Shown piece after piece: positions 1 through 8,763 of a stretch of 40,262 nt of DNA. Origin of the DNA: Actinomycetota bacterium (GTDB taxonomy: Bacteria > Actinomycetota > UBA4738 > HRBIN12). The stretch is taken from the NCBI GenBank assembly GCA_035630755.1, contig DASQKC010000044.1, positions 1-40,262 of the forward strand, read 5' to 3'. The translations under genes and the position numbers were made by a program. Position 1 is the first letter of the stretch, and each line of letters opens with the position of its first letter. The notes under the pieces were generated by a model that searched no databases, had not been told where the DNA came from, and saw only the letters and a list, made by a program, of their open reading frames with translations.

Positions 1-403
1 GGACGCCGACCGGACCGTCCCGCCGGCCGCGGCGCCGCCCGCGGGCTCCGTCTCGGTCGACGGCGTGCTCGTGCCCGGCGAGGACGGCGACGCGTTCGGC
101 GACCAGGACCCGGTCGGCGCGACCGTGATCCGCGCGGTGAACCTGGACGAACTGGTCGCCGCCGGCGCCGGCGTGGCGCCGACCGGGTACGTGCTGCTCA
201 CCGCCCAGACACCGGCGCCGGCGGCGCTCCCGGTGCCCGCGCCGCTCCCGCCCGAGGACGAGGGACCGCATCTGTCGTACGCGATCCAGTGGTTCGCGTT
301 CGCGACGATCGCCCTCGTGGGCGCCGTGATCGTGCTGCGACGGGGACAGCGTCAAGCGGGCGACCAGCCGACCCACGAGCCGGCGCCCACGGCGAACGGC
401 TGA
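1..403 (+). CDS. SURF1-family protein, C-terminal part (5' end outside window)
   Basis: Reading frame is open from the window edge to the stop at 401-403. The C-terminus HLSYAIQWFAFATIALVGAVIVL matches the conserved SURF1/Shy1 end motif plus a terminal TM helix. Confidence 0.6.
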   Translation, partial: DADRTVPPAAAPPAGSVSVDGVLVPGEDGDAFGDQDPVGATVIRAVNLDELVAAGAGVAPTGYVLLTAQTPAPAALPVPAPLPPEDEGPHLSYAIQWFAFATIALVGAVIVLRRGQRQAGDQPTHEPAPTANG

Positions 404-1653
404 GCGCCCGCCGACGCCGGCTGCACCCAGATCATGGATCCGGTGTCGCCCTCGGCCGGGTAGGCGAACGCGCTCGAGTCCGGCGACCACATCGTCGTGC
501 TCTGCGCGAACTGCGTGAAGAACGCCGCCTCCTGCAGGAACGCGATCGAGCCGGTGAACGGTGGCGTCGCGAAACTCCCCTGGTCGGACCAGATGCGCCA
601 CCGGAACCGGATCTGCGCGTCGCCGTAGATCGGCTCGAGGACGGCGAGGCGGCGCCCGTCCGGGCTCCAGGACCAGGCCATCGCCGGCTCGCGCGTCGCC
701 ACCACCTCGCCCGACCCGTCGGTGGCGGCGACCCGCACGCCGAGGTCGGTGGCCACGTCCGGAAGCGCGCGATCGAAGAAGTCCTGCTCCTCGGGGCCGC
801 GGCCGTGGAACGCCACCTGGGAGCCGTCGGGCGACACCACGAGGTAAGCGACCCCCTCGAGGTCGGCGAGCGGGCGGATCCGCCCCGACCCCTCATCGAG
901 GGCCACGAGCTCGGCACCGCTCCCCCCCGCCGGCCGGACGAACGCGATGCTGCCGTCGGGACCCCAGGACGGCGCCTGGAGCAACGAGGTCGTGCCGAGG
1001 TCGGTCACCTCGCCGTCGAGCGCGAGCTCGTCCAAACCCTCGGACCCGACGTGCGTGACCATCCGGTCACCGGTCGGTCCCCACGACAGGTAGAACGGGA
1101 TGCCCTGCGCGAGCGGCTTCGCGCCCGGATCGCCGCGGCGCTCCACGATTCCCAGGGTGAACGGCTGCTCCCCGCCCAGGAAGGCGACCCGCGACGAGGT
1201 CGGGTCCCACGACAGGTAGAACGGCGCGAACGGGATGAGCGACTCACGCCGCCCCGAGCCGTCCGGCGCCGAGACCACCACCCGCGCCTCGGCCCGCCCG
1301 TCCGCGACGACGAGCTCGGCCCAGGCGATCCATCGCCCGTCGGGCGACCACGTCGCCTGCTGGACCTGCGCGCCGTTGGCCGCGGCGTCGACCACGGCAA
1401 CGGGCCGGGTCGCGTCGGGGCGGAGCACGGTCATCCCGCCGGCGTCCGTGCGGATCAACAGCGTTCCGGGGAGGCGGCCGGCCGACCGCGGCGGGTCCAC
1501 CTCGACCGCGGGGTCGGGCTCGTCCGTCGGTGACGGCACGACGATCGGATCGGTCGGCGACGGGGTCGAGAGCGTCCGTTCCGGGGTCGTGCACGACACG
1601 AGCAGGCACGCGACGGCGCCGAGCGCGAGCAGGTGCCGCGTCATCCGAGGCAT
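352..1653 (-). CDS. lipoprotein with TolB-like / PD40 beta-propeller repeats
   Basis: 433-aa ORF with an N-terminal signal and lipobox (LLVSC). Repeated WSPDG / SPDGS / SWSPDGRR / MWSPDSS motifs are typical of PD40 propeller blades. Its 3' end overlaps the convergent SURF1 end by 52 nt. Confidence 0.7.
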   Translation of the reverse strand: MPRMTRHLLALGAVACLLVSCTTPERTLSTPSPTDPIVVPSPTDEPDPAVEVDPPRSAGRLPGTLLIRTDAGGMTVLRPDATRPVAVVDAAANGAQVQQATWSPDGRWIAWAELVVADGRAEARVVVSAPDGSGRRESLIPFAPFYLSWDPTSSRVAFLGGEQPFTLGIVERRGDPGAKPLAQGIPFYLSWGPTGDRMVTHVGSEGLDELALDGEVTDLGTTSLLQAPSWGPDGSIAFVRPAGGSGAELVALDEGSGRIRPLADLEGVAYLVVSPDGSQVAFHGRGPEEQDFFDRALPDVATDLGVRVAATDGSGEVVATREPAMAWSWSPDGRRLAVLEPIYGDAQIRFRWRIWSDQGSFATPPFTGSIAFLQEAAFFTQFAQSTTMWSPDSSAFAYPAEGDTGSMIWVQPASAGAQPFAVGAGSWVGWSPA

Positions 1654-1701
1654 CGGGACGATCGTACGCGCTTCCGCGTGGAAGATCGCCGCGCGACAGG
1701 C

Positions 1702-3327
1702 TCAGGCGCGGTGGATGACCTGGCCGGCCACCAGGGTGGCCGTCACGTGCGTGTCGAGGATCTCGCGGGGATCGTCGGTCGAGCCCAGATCCCGCGAGAG
1801 CACCGCGACGTCGGCCGCGGTCCCCGGCGTCAGCGTCCCCCGCTCCCCCTCGGCCCCGATCGAGTACGCGCTCCCCCAGGTGGAGGCCCGCAGCGCCGCC
1901 GCGAGGTCCACGGTCTCGTCCTGGTTCCAGGCCCCCGTCCCGTCGGGCGCGGCGCGCGTGATCGCGGTGTAGAGCCAGAACATCGGGTCCATCTCCGCCA
2001 CGTTCCAGTCCGAGCTGAACGCGAGGACGCCGCCGGCGGCCTCGATCGAGCGGAACGGCCACGCGTACCGCTCGCGCGCCGCGCCGACGTTGGCGCGCCA
2101 CCCCCCGACGATGTCGGGCGCGCAGTGGCGAGGTTGCATGCAGGCGACCACGCCGAGGGCGCCGAAACGCCCCACGTCGTCGGGGTGGACGCACTCCACG
2201 TGCACCACTTGGTGTCGCGCACCGGCGGGGCCCAACACCTCGCGGGCACGGGCGACCGCGTCGAGCGCCACGCGGATCCCGCGGTCCCCCGTCGCGTGCG
2301 TGAAGACCTGCCATCCGCGGCGCTCCAGCTCGACGACGAAGGCCGCGTACGCCTCCGGGTCCCAGAACGTGTCCCCCGCCGTGTCCGGGGCGTTCGCGTA
2401 GGGCGCGAGCATCGCCGCCGTGTGCGGTTCGATCACGTCGTCGATGTAGAGCTTGATCGCCTGGACCCGCAGGCGGTCGCCGTCGAACCGCGCGCGGGCC
2501 TCGCCGAGGGCGTCGAGACGCTCGTCGGTCGTCCCGGGCAGGCAGAGCATCGCGGCCACGAGTCGCGACCGCAGATCCCCTCCGTCCCGCGCCCGCGCGA
2601 ACAGCTCGAGGTCGTCCAGGCCGTTCTGCGGCTCCACGATCGTGGTGATCCCGAACCGCGCGGCCATGTCCAGGCTCTCGACCATCCGCGCGTAGCGGGT
2701 GTCGACGCCGTAGCCGGGGACGTGCGCCTCGAGCGCCCGCTGCCCGTCTTCGCTGATCCCGAGGACCGCGAAGTCGTGGACGTAGCCGGTCGGCTCGCCG
2801 GTCACGCGATCGCGCTCGACGGTCCCCCACGGCAGCCGATCCGTGCCCCCGTCGATCCCGAACGCGCGCATCGCCTCGCGGTTCAGCCACACGGTGTGGA
2901 CGTCGTAGCTGAACAGGAAGGCCGGGCGACCGCCGGTGACCCCTTCGAGCATCGTGGCGGTCGGCGCGCCGCCCGGGATCGCGCCGTAGTTCCAGCCCTC
3001 CCCCTCGATCCACGTGACGTCGGGGTGCGCCACGAGGTGGTCCGCGATCCGTGCGTGGATCTCCCCGAGCGAGGTGGCGCCGAACAGCGACACCGCGCCG
3101 GGGTTGGCGCCCAGCCGGACGTGGTTGTGGGCGTCGACGAACCCGGGGAGCACGGTGCCCCCGCCCGCGTCGATGACCTCGGTCGCGGCCCGCGCCCGGT
3201 CCCGCGCGTCGTCGTCGGACCCCACCCACGCGATCCGGTCCCCCGCTATCGCGAGCGCCCCGGCCCGCGGGATCGCCGGATCGTTCGTCCGAACCGCCCC
3301 GCCGAGGATGACGAGGTCGTCGCCCAC
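1702..3327 (-). CDS. amidohydrolase-family metallohydrolase (YtcJ-like)
   Basis: 541 aa. The N-terminus GGTVLPGFVDAHNHV carries the metal-binding HxH motif. Length and overall pattern match the amidohydrolase 3 family. Paralogous to 19665-21257. Confidence 0.85.
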   Translation of the reverse strand: MGDDLVILGGAVRTNDPAIPRAGALAIAGDRIAWVGSDDDARDRARAATEVIDAGGGTVLPGFVDAHNHVRLGANPGAVSLFGATSLGEIHARIADHLVAHPDVTWIEGEGWNYGAIPGGAPTATMLEGVTGGRPAFLFSYDVHTVWLNREAMRAFGIDGGTDRLPWGTVERDRVTGEPTGYVHDFAVLGISEDGQRALEAHVPGYGVDTRYARMVESLDMAARFGITTIVEPQNGLDDLELFARARDGGDLRSRLVAAMLCLPGTTDERLDALGEARARFDGDRLRVQAIKLYIDDVIEPHTAAMLAPYANAPDTAGDTFWDPEAYAAFVVELERRGWQVFTHATGDRGIRVALDAVARAREVLGPAGARHQVVHVECVHPDDVGRFGALGVVACMQPRHCAPDIVGGWRANVGAARERYAWPFRSIEAAGGVLAFSSDWNVAEMDPMFWLYTAITRAAPDGTGAWNQDETVDLAAALRASTWGSAYSIGAEGERGTLTPGTAADVAVLSRDLGSTDDPREILDTHVTATLVAGQVIHRA

Positions 3328-3331
3328 GACG

Positions 3332-3835
3332 TCAGGCGCCGGCGCCCGCGTCCCCGCCGGGAGCGCGGGACCCCAGCTCGCGGTCGAGCAACAGGAGCGA
3401 GGGCCCGCTGTCGCCGGCGAGCCGGAGCGTGTCGACGATCTGGCCGACCGTCTTCTCCTCCTCGACCTGCTCGGTGAGGAACCAGTCCAGGAACGCCTGC
3501 GTCAGCCGGTCGGACCGCTCGTAGAGCGCCTCGATCGCGCCGGTGACCTCCCGCTCGTGGGCGAGGGAGGCCTCGAACACCGTCAGCGGCGGGCCGAACT
3601 CGAGCGGTGGCGCGTCGATGGCGGCGAGCCGGACGCGCCCGCCCCGGTCGTTGATGTGCTCGAAGAACCGCATCGCGTGCTGGTGCTCCTCCTCGGCCTG
3701 GGCCCGCATCCAGCCGGCGAACCCCGGGTAGCCCGCGCTCTCGAAGTGCGCGCACATCGCAAGGTACAGGTACGACGAATACGATTCCTTCGTGAGCTGC
3801 TCGTTGAGCGCGGACTCCAGATCGGGTGCGAGCAT
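3332..3835 (-). CDS. ftn: non-haem ferritin
   Basis: 167 aa. LNEQLTKESYSSYLYLAMCAHFE...AEEEHQHAMRFFEHI fits the ferritin ferroxidase-centre pattern. Confidence 0.85.
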   Translation of the reverse strand: MLAPDLESALNEQLTKESYSSYLYLAMCAHFESAGYPGFAGWMRAQAEEEHQHAMRFFEHINDRGGRVRLAAIDAPPLEFGPPLTVFEASLAHEREVTGAIEALYERSDRLTQAFLDWFLTEQVEEEKTVGQIVDTLRLAGDSGPSLLLLDRELGSRAPGGDAGAGA

Positions 3836-3844
3836 CGGTTCCTC

Positions 3845-4237
3845 CTAGCCGGTCGGGAAGCGGTTGCGCATCGACTCCGCCGCCATCGTGAAGTAGTCGT
3901 CGAACGCGCGCCGGACGTCGGGATCGAGCTCGACCGCATCCAGCGCCGCCGTCATCGCCGTCAGCCAGCGGTCGCGGGCGTCTACGTCGATCGCGAACGG
4001 CGCGTGGCGCATCCGCAGCCGAGGGTGGCCGCGCTGCTGGCTGTAGGTGGTCGGTCCGCCCCAGTACTGCCCGAGGAACAGCGCGAGGTGCCGACGCGCG
4101 TCGGTCAGATCCTCGGGCGTCGGGTAGATCGCCAGGAGCGAGGGATCGGCGGCGACCGCGTCGTAGAACCGGTCGACGAGGGCATCGAAGAACGCCTGCC
4201 CTCCCACGCGGTCGTACACCGTCTCCGCCTGTGCCAT
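3845..4237 (-). CDS. glbO: group II truncated haemoglobin
   Basis: 130 aa. VYDRVGGQAFFDALVDRFYDAV...YWGGPTTYSQQRGHPRLRMRHAPF is the hallmark trHbO sequence. Lies 9 nt upstream of ferritin on the same strand. Confidence 0.85.
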   Translation of the reverse strand: MAQAETVYDRVGGQAFFDALVDRFYDAVAADPSLLAIYPTPEDLTDARRHLALFLGQYWGGPTTYSQQRGHPRLRMRHAPFAIDVDARDRWLTAMTAALDAVELDPDVRRAFDDYFTMAAESMRNRFPTG

Positions 4238-4283
4238 GCGCCGAGTCTACGGAACCGGGGTCGGGCCCCTAGGATGGCGCGCG

Positions 4284-4799
4284 ATGCGCCGCCTCTGGTT
4301 GCTCCGCCACGCGAAGTCGAGCTGGGACGACCCCGCACTGGACGACCACGAGCGTCCGCTCGCCGCTCGCGGCGAGCGGGACGCGGCGGCGATGGCCACA
4401 CACCTGCGCCGCGCCGAGGTGCGGCCGGACCTCGTGTTGTGCTCGTCGGCCGTCCGCGCCCGGGACACGTTGACCGGGGTGCTGCCGGGGCTGGGGCCGG
4501 ACCTGCGGATCGTGGTTGAGCGCGGCCTCTACACGTTCGAGCAGCGGCGCCTGGCCGACGCCGTCGCCGCGGCCACCGACCGCGCGGACGCGATCCTCCT
4601 GGTGGGTCACAACCCCGCGATCCAGGGCCTGGCCGAACGTCTCTCCGGCGAGGGCGACGAGCTCGACCGCCTCCGCGCGAAGTACCCGACCTGCGCGCTG
4701 GCGACGATCGACCTGGACATCGAGCGGTGGCCGGATCTGGCCGCCGGTTCGGGCGAGCTCGTCGGGTTCGTCACGCCCCGCGATCTGGCCCGGACGTGA
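4284..4799 (+). CDS. histidine phosphatase superfamily protein (SixA-like)
   Basis: Begins MRRLWLLRHAKSSW (catalytic RHA/G motif). I prefer the ATG at 4284 to the track start at 4236, because the family motif lies directly at the N-terminus. Confidence 0.75.
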   Translation: MRRLWLLRHAKSSWDDPALDDHERPLAARGERDAAAMATHLRRAEVRPDLVLCSSAVRARDTLTGVLPGLGPDLRIVVERGLYTFEQRRLADAVAAATDRADAILLVGHNPAIQGLAERLSGEGDELDRLRAKYPTCALATIDLDIERWPDLAAGSGELVGFVTPRDLART

Positions 4800-4800
4800 C

Positions 4801-4826
4801 GAGGGCGGCCCCGCGGGGCCGCCCTC
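4801..4826. terminator. perfect 26-nt GC palindrome between convergent genes (probable bidirectional terminator)
   Basis: GAGGGCGGCCCCG/CGGGGCCGCCCTC lies immediately after the stop at 4797-4799 and before the convergent gene end at 4846. Confidence 0.5.
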
Positions 4827-4845
4827 GACGTGGACCCTCCAGGTC

Positions 4846-5427
4846 TCAGTTGACCCAGATGTTCGTGGTGGCGTTGCCGGTGCAGTAGAAGGTGTCCTGA
4901 TCATCCTCCGGGACCCCGTCACCGTCATCGTCCCAAGCACCGGTGATGCCCATGACGTTGACCGAGATGTCGTGATCCGCGCCAGACTTCGCCTTCACGT
5001 TGATCTCGACCGTGGCCACCTTGTTCACATCACCACCGCCGACCTTCTTCGCCGTGGCGTACCCCCGCCACGTCAGCGAGCCATAGACAGCGCTGAAGTC
5101 CAGACCGCCCCCGGAGCAGTCACCGCTCGCCTCCAGCTCCGACGCGAGGTTCGCATGGTTGTCCATCTGGTCGGGCCCGCCGAACTTGCCGTTCGCGCCC
5201 CAGACGCCCTTGCCCACGCCGATGTCATCGGGCGCGGAGGTCCCCACCAGGAAGAACTGGAAGAACTTGTCCGTGTCCGGCACGTACGGGCGGACCGTGA
5301 ACCGGGCCTTCGTCGACTGTCCGGGTGACAAGCTGCTGTCGAGGATGACGAACCCCGTCAGCGCGAAGCACGAGGACAACACGACCGCCATGATGCCGGC
5401 GACGCCGACCACCAGAAGTCGTTTCAA
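4846..5427 (-). CDS. hypothetical lipoprotein
   Basis: 193 aa with a signal peptide and lipobox (VVLSSC). Acidic, Gly/Asp-rich mature part. No family recognised. Looks more A/T-rich than its surroundings by eye. Confidence 0.55.
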   Translation of the reverse strand: MKRLLVVGVAGIMAVVLSSCFALTGFVILDSSLSPGQSTKARFTVRPYVPDTDKFFQFFLVGTSAPDDIGVGKGVWGANGKFGGPDQMDNHANLASELEASGDCSGGGLDFSAVYGSLTWRGYATAKKVGGGDVNKVATVEINVKAKSGADHDISVNVMGITGAWDDDGDGVPEDDQDTFYCTGNATTNIWVN

Positions 5428-5581
5428 ATCGGAACCCCTTTCCCCTCATCCCGGCCTGCGCCGGGCCCCTCCGATCGGACCTGGTGATCCTGGCATCGGC
5501 GGCGGCCGTGTTCAACCTTGAATGGGCGAAGCGGTTTCACGCGGGGTTCCGGCGATGAGGGTCCGGGGCCCGAAGACCGAA

Positions 5582-5788
5582 CTACCGCAGCCCTTCCCAG
5601 CGCCACTCCACGTAGGCGAACTTCGCACCCGTGTTCGAGTTGCGGCCGACCCGGTAGAGGGGGGTGCTCTCCGCGTTCGGCACCCCGAGCTTCCGGGCGG
5701 CGTCACGGGCGGCGGCGAGCTGTTCGTCCTTCGTCGAGATGACGTCCCCCGTGCTCTCACTGAACGAGACCATGTAGCGATGTTCCAT
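5582..5788 (-). CDS. small conserved hypothetical protein (68 aa), paralogue of 17026-17232
   Basis: Translates as MEHRYMVSF...ARKLGVPNAESTPLYRVGRNSNTGAKFAYVEWRWEGLR. The C-terminal ~40 aa are near-identical to the product of 17026-17232. The internal ATG at 5788 is chosen because the homology starts there. Confidence 0.55.
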   Translation of the reverse strand: MEHRYMVSFSESTGDVISTKDEQLAAARDAARKLGVPNAESTPLYRVGRNSNTGAKFAYVEWRWEGLR

Positions 5789-5862
5789 CGCCACACGGTA
5801 CCGGCCGCCACCGACCCCTCCGGGCGGGGCGGCGGCGTCGCCGGCGCGCCCCGCCCGCCCAT

Positions 5863-6321
5863 TCAGCTCAACAGGTCGCAGATCTGGGTCGCGTGCCCGC
5901 GGTAGCTCTCGACGATGGCGAAGCCCATGTCGTCCAGCTCCCCGAACGTGATGTGGCCCGTCACGATGGCCCACCCGGTCCCCGCGATGGGCGCGGCCCA
6001 GCGGCCGGTGCCCATCGAGGAGCCGTCGGCGAAGTAGAACGTCGGCCCCGCGATCGCGAACGTCCTGGACCCCTCACCGTCCAGCCTCGTCCACGTGACG
6101 AACAACTTCCCGAGGGACATCGCGGTCCCGTCGTCGAACTCGATCAGGTGCGTCTTGCCTTGGACCGTCGCCTCCAGCGCGAAGTCGCAGATATCCGGGA
6201 ACGGGATCACCACCTCGAAGGGTTCTCCGCCGCTCTTCGTCGGCTTCCCGGCGATCGCGGGTGCCGCCGTCATCGCAACCGCCACGGTGACGAGCGCGGC
6301 GCATGCCAGTAGGCGCCTCAT
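5863..6321 (-). CDS. hypothetical secreted protein
   Basis: MRRLLACAALVTVAVAMTAAPAIAG is a signal peptide. The ATG at 6321 is preceded by a GGGAGGGG Shine-Dalgarno. No family recognised. Confidence 0.55.
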   Translation of the reverse strand: MRRLLACAALVTVAVAMTAAPAIAGKPTKSGGEPFEVVIPFPDICDFALEATVQGKTHLIEFDDGTAMSLGKLFVTWTRLDGEGSRTFAIAGPTFYFADGSSMGTGRWAAPIAGTGWAIVTGHITFGELDDMGFAIVESYRGHATQICDLLS

Positions 6322-6465
6322 AAACAATCCCCTCCCTCTCGTCGGTCGAACGACGCGACCGACCGCTCGACCGTATCGTTGCCCGGCAACCAGACGCAAG
6401 CCCGTGGAGCGGTCGCGAGGATCGATTTGCGCCGACAGGCGTTACCGGCCAGGATGCCCAAACGT

Positions 6466-6660
6466 ATGAGCATCTACCGATTGATCAGGGCAGAGTTCTC
6501 GGTCGACCATGGACGCGAGTGGTGGACGCTCACGTTCGACGATGGCACGGGCCGGGCGATGGTCCGTGCGCCCGAGCCGCCGCCCGAGCCGTTCACGTTG
6601 CTCGACCGTCGCAAGCTCTACTCCGAGCGAGAGCTCGACCGGTTGCGCGCCTCGTCCTGA
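6466..6660 (+). CDS. hypothetical small protein (64 aa)
   Basis: ATG-initiated ORF with reasonable third-position G/C usage. No homology recognised. Confidence 0.3.
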   Translation: MSIYRLIRAEFSVDHGREWWTLTFDDGTGRAMVRAPEPPPEPFTLLDRRKLYSERELDRLRASS

Positions 6661-6694
6661 GGCTCCGGCCTCGGGCACGCTGTACGGTCGGTGC

Positions 6695-7261
6695 ATGAGC
6701 AAGGTCGTGTACTTCACCGCCTGCACGCTCGATGGGTTCATCGCCGATGAACACAACTCGCTCGACTGGCTCTTCGAGACGCCGCACAGCGACCACGAGT
6801 CATCGTGGGACGAGTTCATCGGGGCCGTGGGCCCGATGTGCATGGGCCGCACGACGTACGAGTGGATGCTCGCCCACCATCCCGACCTCCTGACCGGTCC
6901 CGAGCGATGGGCGGCGTTCTACGGCGACCGTCCCGCGTGGGTGTTCACCCATCGCACGGACCTGCCGTCGGTCGTGGGCGCGGACATCCGGTTCGTGCAG
7001 GGCGATGTCCGTCCGGTGCACGACGAGATGCGGGCACGTCGGGACGGCGACGTGTGGATCATCGGGGGCGGCGACCTCGTGGGGCAGTTCGACGACGCCG
7101 GCCTCCTCGATCGCGTGATCCTCGGCGTGTGCCCGGTGACCCTCGGTGCAGGAGCGCCGCTGCTGCCGCGACGGATCACCTCCACGCGGATGCGCGTGAC
7201 CGACGTACGTCAGGAAGCGCAACAGGTCCGGATCGTGCTGGACCTGGACCGGAGGACCTAG
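6695..7261 (+). CDS. dihydrofolate reductase-family protein (RibD C-terminal domain type)
   Basis: 188 aa. MSKVVYFTACTLDGFIAD...MGRTTYEWM...WIIGGGDLVGQF fits the RibD_C/YyaP-like pattern. Start taken at the ATG at 6695 within the longer track ORF. Confidence 0.75.
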   Translation: MSKVVYFTACTLDGFIADEHNSLDWLFETPHSDHESSWDEFIGAVGPMCMGRTTYEWMLAHHPDLLTGPERWAAFYGDRPAWVFTHRTDLPSVVGADIRFVQGDVRPVHDEMRARRDGDVWIIGGGDLVGQFDDAGLLDRVILGVCPVTLGAGAPLLPRRITSTRMRVTDVRQEAQQVRIVLDLDRRT

Positions 7262-7458
7262 CTAGCTTCAAGCCCGGCCAACCCGCCAGGCCAGCAACCT
7301 GACGGAGACCCCCCGATCCCCCGAGGTTGTGGCAGGTGGTCGGGCTCGGGAAAAACGGTAACGCTGCGCGATGTCCCTCGCCTATCGGATGACTCACCTA
7401 CAGGGAGAGCGGGGAGTCGTGGCCCCGAGTCATATCGCCTGGCTCGTGCGAGACTCCG

Positions 7459-8763
7459 TCATGGGGCACGCCAGGCCCACAGGTGCGCCCGCGCCTCAGG
7501 GTCGCCGATCGACACGACCTCGCCGTCCCGGATGAGGTTGTCGACCTGTTCGACGACGACCACGTCGCCCGCCGCGAACGCCTCACCGGCGATCGGGTAC
7601 GGGCCGTCCGCTCGAGGCTCCGGCGCTGGTCCGCCCACCGCGTCCTGCCACCCCACGTCCGGGTACCAGGCGTCCGGTCGTCCGCACTGCCAGGCGAAGA
7701 TCGCTCCTCGCGTCGCGACTCCCTCGACGTAGCACTCGCCGGAGTCGGGGGGTCCGTCGACCTCACGCCAACGGTCCGTGTCGGCCGCGTACTCCGCCCC
7801 TCCGCCGACGTAGTCCCACGCGACGATGCGGTCGCCGAGCATGACCACCTCGGTGGACTGCGGGATCAGTGGCGGGTCCTGGAGCACCCGCCACGAATCC
7901 GTGGAGGGCGAGTACGCCTCGGCGACGGCCGTCGGGGTCGTGGCGTGGTTCCCGGGCTGGAGCGCGGCCCCGACCACGATCATCTCCTCGCCCGTCCAGA
8001 TGCCGTTCGCGAGCGTCAACGGGAGCGGCGCGTCCGCGATCGTCCGCCACGCCCCCGAGACGGGATCCAGCGCAGCCCCTGAGACCGACGAGGGAGATCC
8101 TGCGCGGCCGCCGCCGAACACGATCAGCTCACTGCCGGTCCACGTCCAGGTCCCGCCGTAGTCGCTCTGATGCGGGGACGGGGGAAGCCCCGACCACGAA
8201 CCAGCGGCCGGATCGAAGGTGAGCATGGATCCGAAGTCTCCCTGAGGAACCTGGGTCTCCTGCAGGGCCGCCGTGCTCCCCCAGACGAGGAGCCGGTCAC
8301 CCGTCCAGATCCCATCAGCCTGGGCGAGTCCATGCGGCGCGATCGGGGTCTCCGACCACCGCCTCGAGACCGGGTCGAACGCGTAGCCGTCAGCGAACGG
8401 AGCCTCCGCGTTCCCATCCCGTGGCACCCCGCCCCAATAGATCAGCGAGTCGCCGGTCCAGACGACGGCAGCGCCGTTCCGGAACTCGGGCGGCGGTGGC
8501 AACTCCGTCCAGCCCGGCTCGATCGAGGACCACGGCGTGGCCGGAACCACCTCGTCGCTGGTCCGGGACGCGACGGCGATCCAGGCGAGCACCGCCACCG
8601 TTCCGAACAGGGCAAGGGCCACGACAGCGGCCGTGACGCGTCGTCCGGTCCGCGGCGGCTCGGGGACGGGTCGCATCGTGGGACCGGAGAGCCGCATCCG
8701 GATCTCGTCGGAGAGATCTGTCGTGGGGATGCGATCGAGCTCGCGCATCGTGGGGTCCATCAC
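7459..8763 (-). CDS. single-pass membrane protein with Kelch-type beta-propeller ectodomain (putative anti-sigma partner)
   Basis: 434 aa with a short cytoplasmic N-terminus and one TM helix (VTAAVVALALFGTVAVLAWIAV). Repeated W.G..L.V.GG motifs follow. Its start overlaps the stop of the ECF sigma gene by 4 nt. Confidence 0.7.
   Translation of the reverse strand: MMDPTMRELDRIPTTDLSDEIRMRLSGPTMRPVPEPPRTGRRVTAAVVALALFGTVAVLAWIAVASRTSDEVVPATPWSSIEPGWTELPPPPEFRNGAAVVWTGDSLIYWGGVPRDGNAEAPFADGYAFDPVSRRWSETPIAPHGLAQADGIWTGDRLLVWGSTAALQETQVPQGDFGSMLTFDPAAGSWSGLPPSPHQSDYGGTWTWTGSELIVFGGGRAGSPSSVSGAALDPVSGAWRTIADAPLPLTLANGIWTGEEMIVVGAALQPGNHATTPTAVAEAYSPSTDSWRVLQDPPLIPQSTEVVMLGDRIVAWDYVGGGAEYAADTDRWREVDGPPDSGECYVEGVATRGAIFAWQCGRPDAWYPDVGWQDAVGGPAPEPRADGPYPIAGEAFAAGDVVVVEQVDNLIRDGEVVSIGDPEARAHLWAWRAP

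Noticed and set aside
1244-3477. Long overlapping ORFs 1244-3229 (minus, 661 aa) and 1633-3477 (plus, 614 aa)
   Set aside because: They are off-frame or antisense shadows of the well-supported amidohydrolase gene at 1702-3327. Both are extremely Arg/Gly/Pro-rich and carry no recognisable motifs.
7396-7404. A further copy of the 18-mer family (CCTACAGG in the 7262-7458 intergenic region)
   Set aside because: Only an 8-nt match to the inverted variant, which is within chance expectation.
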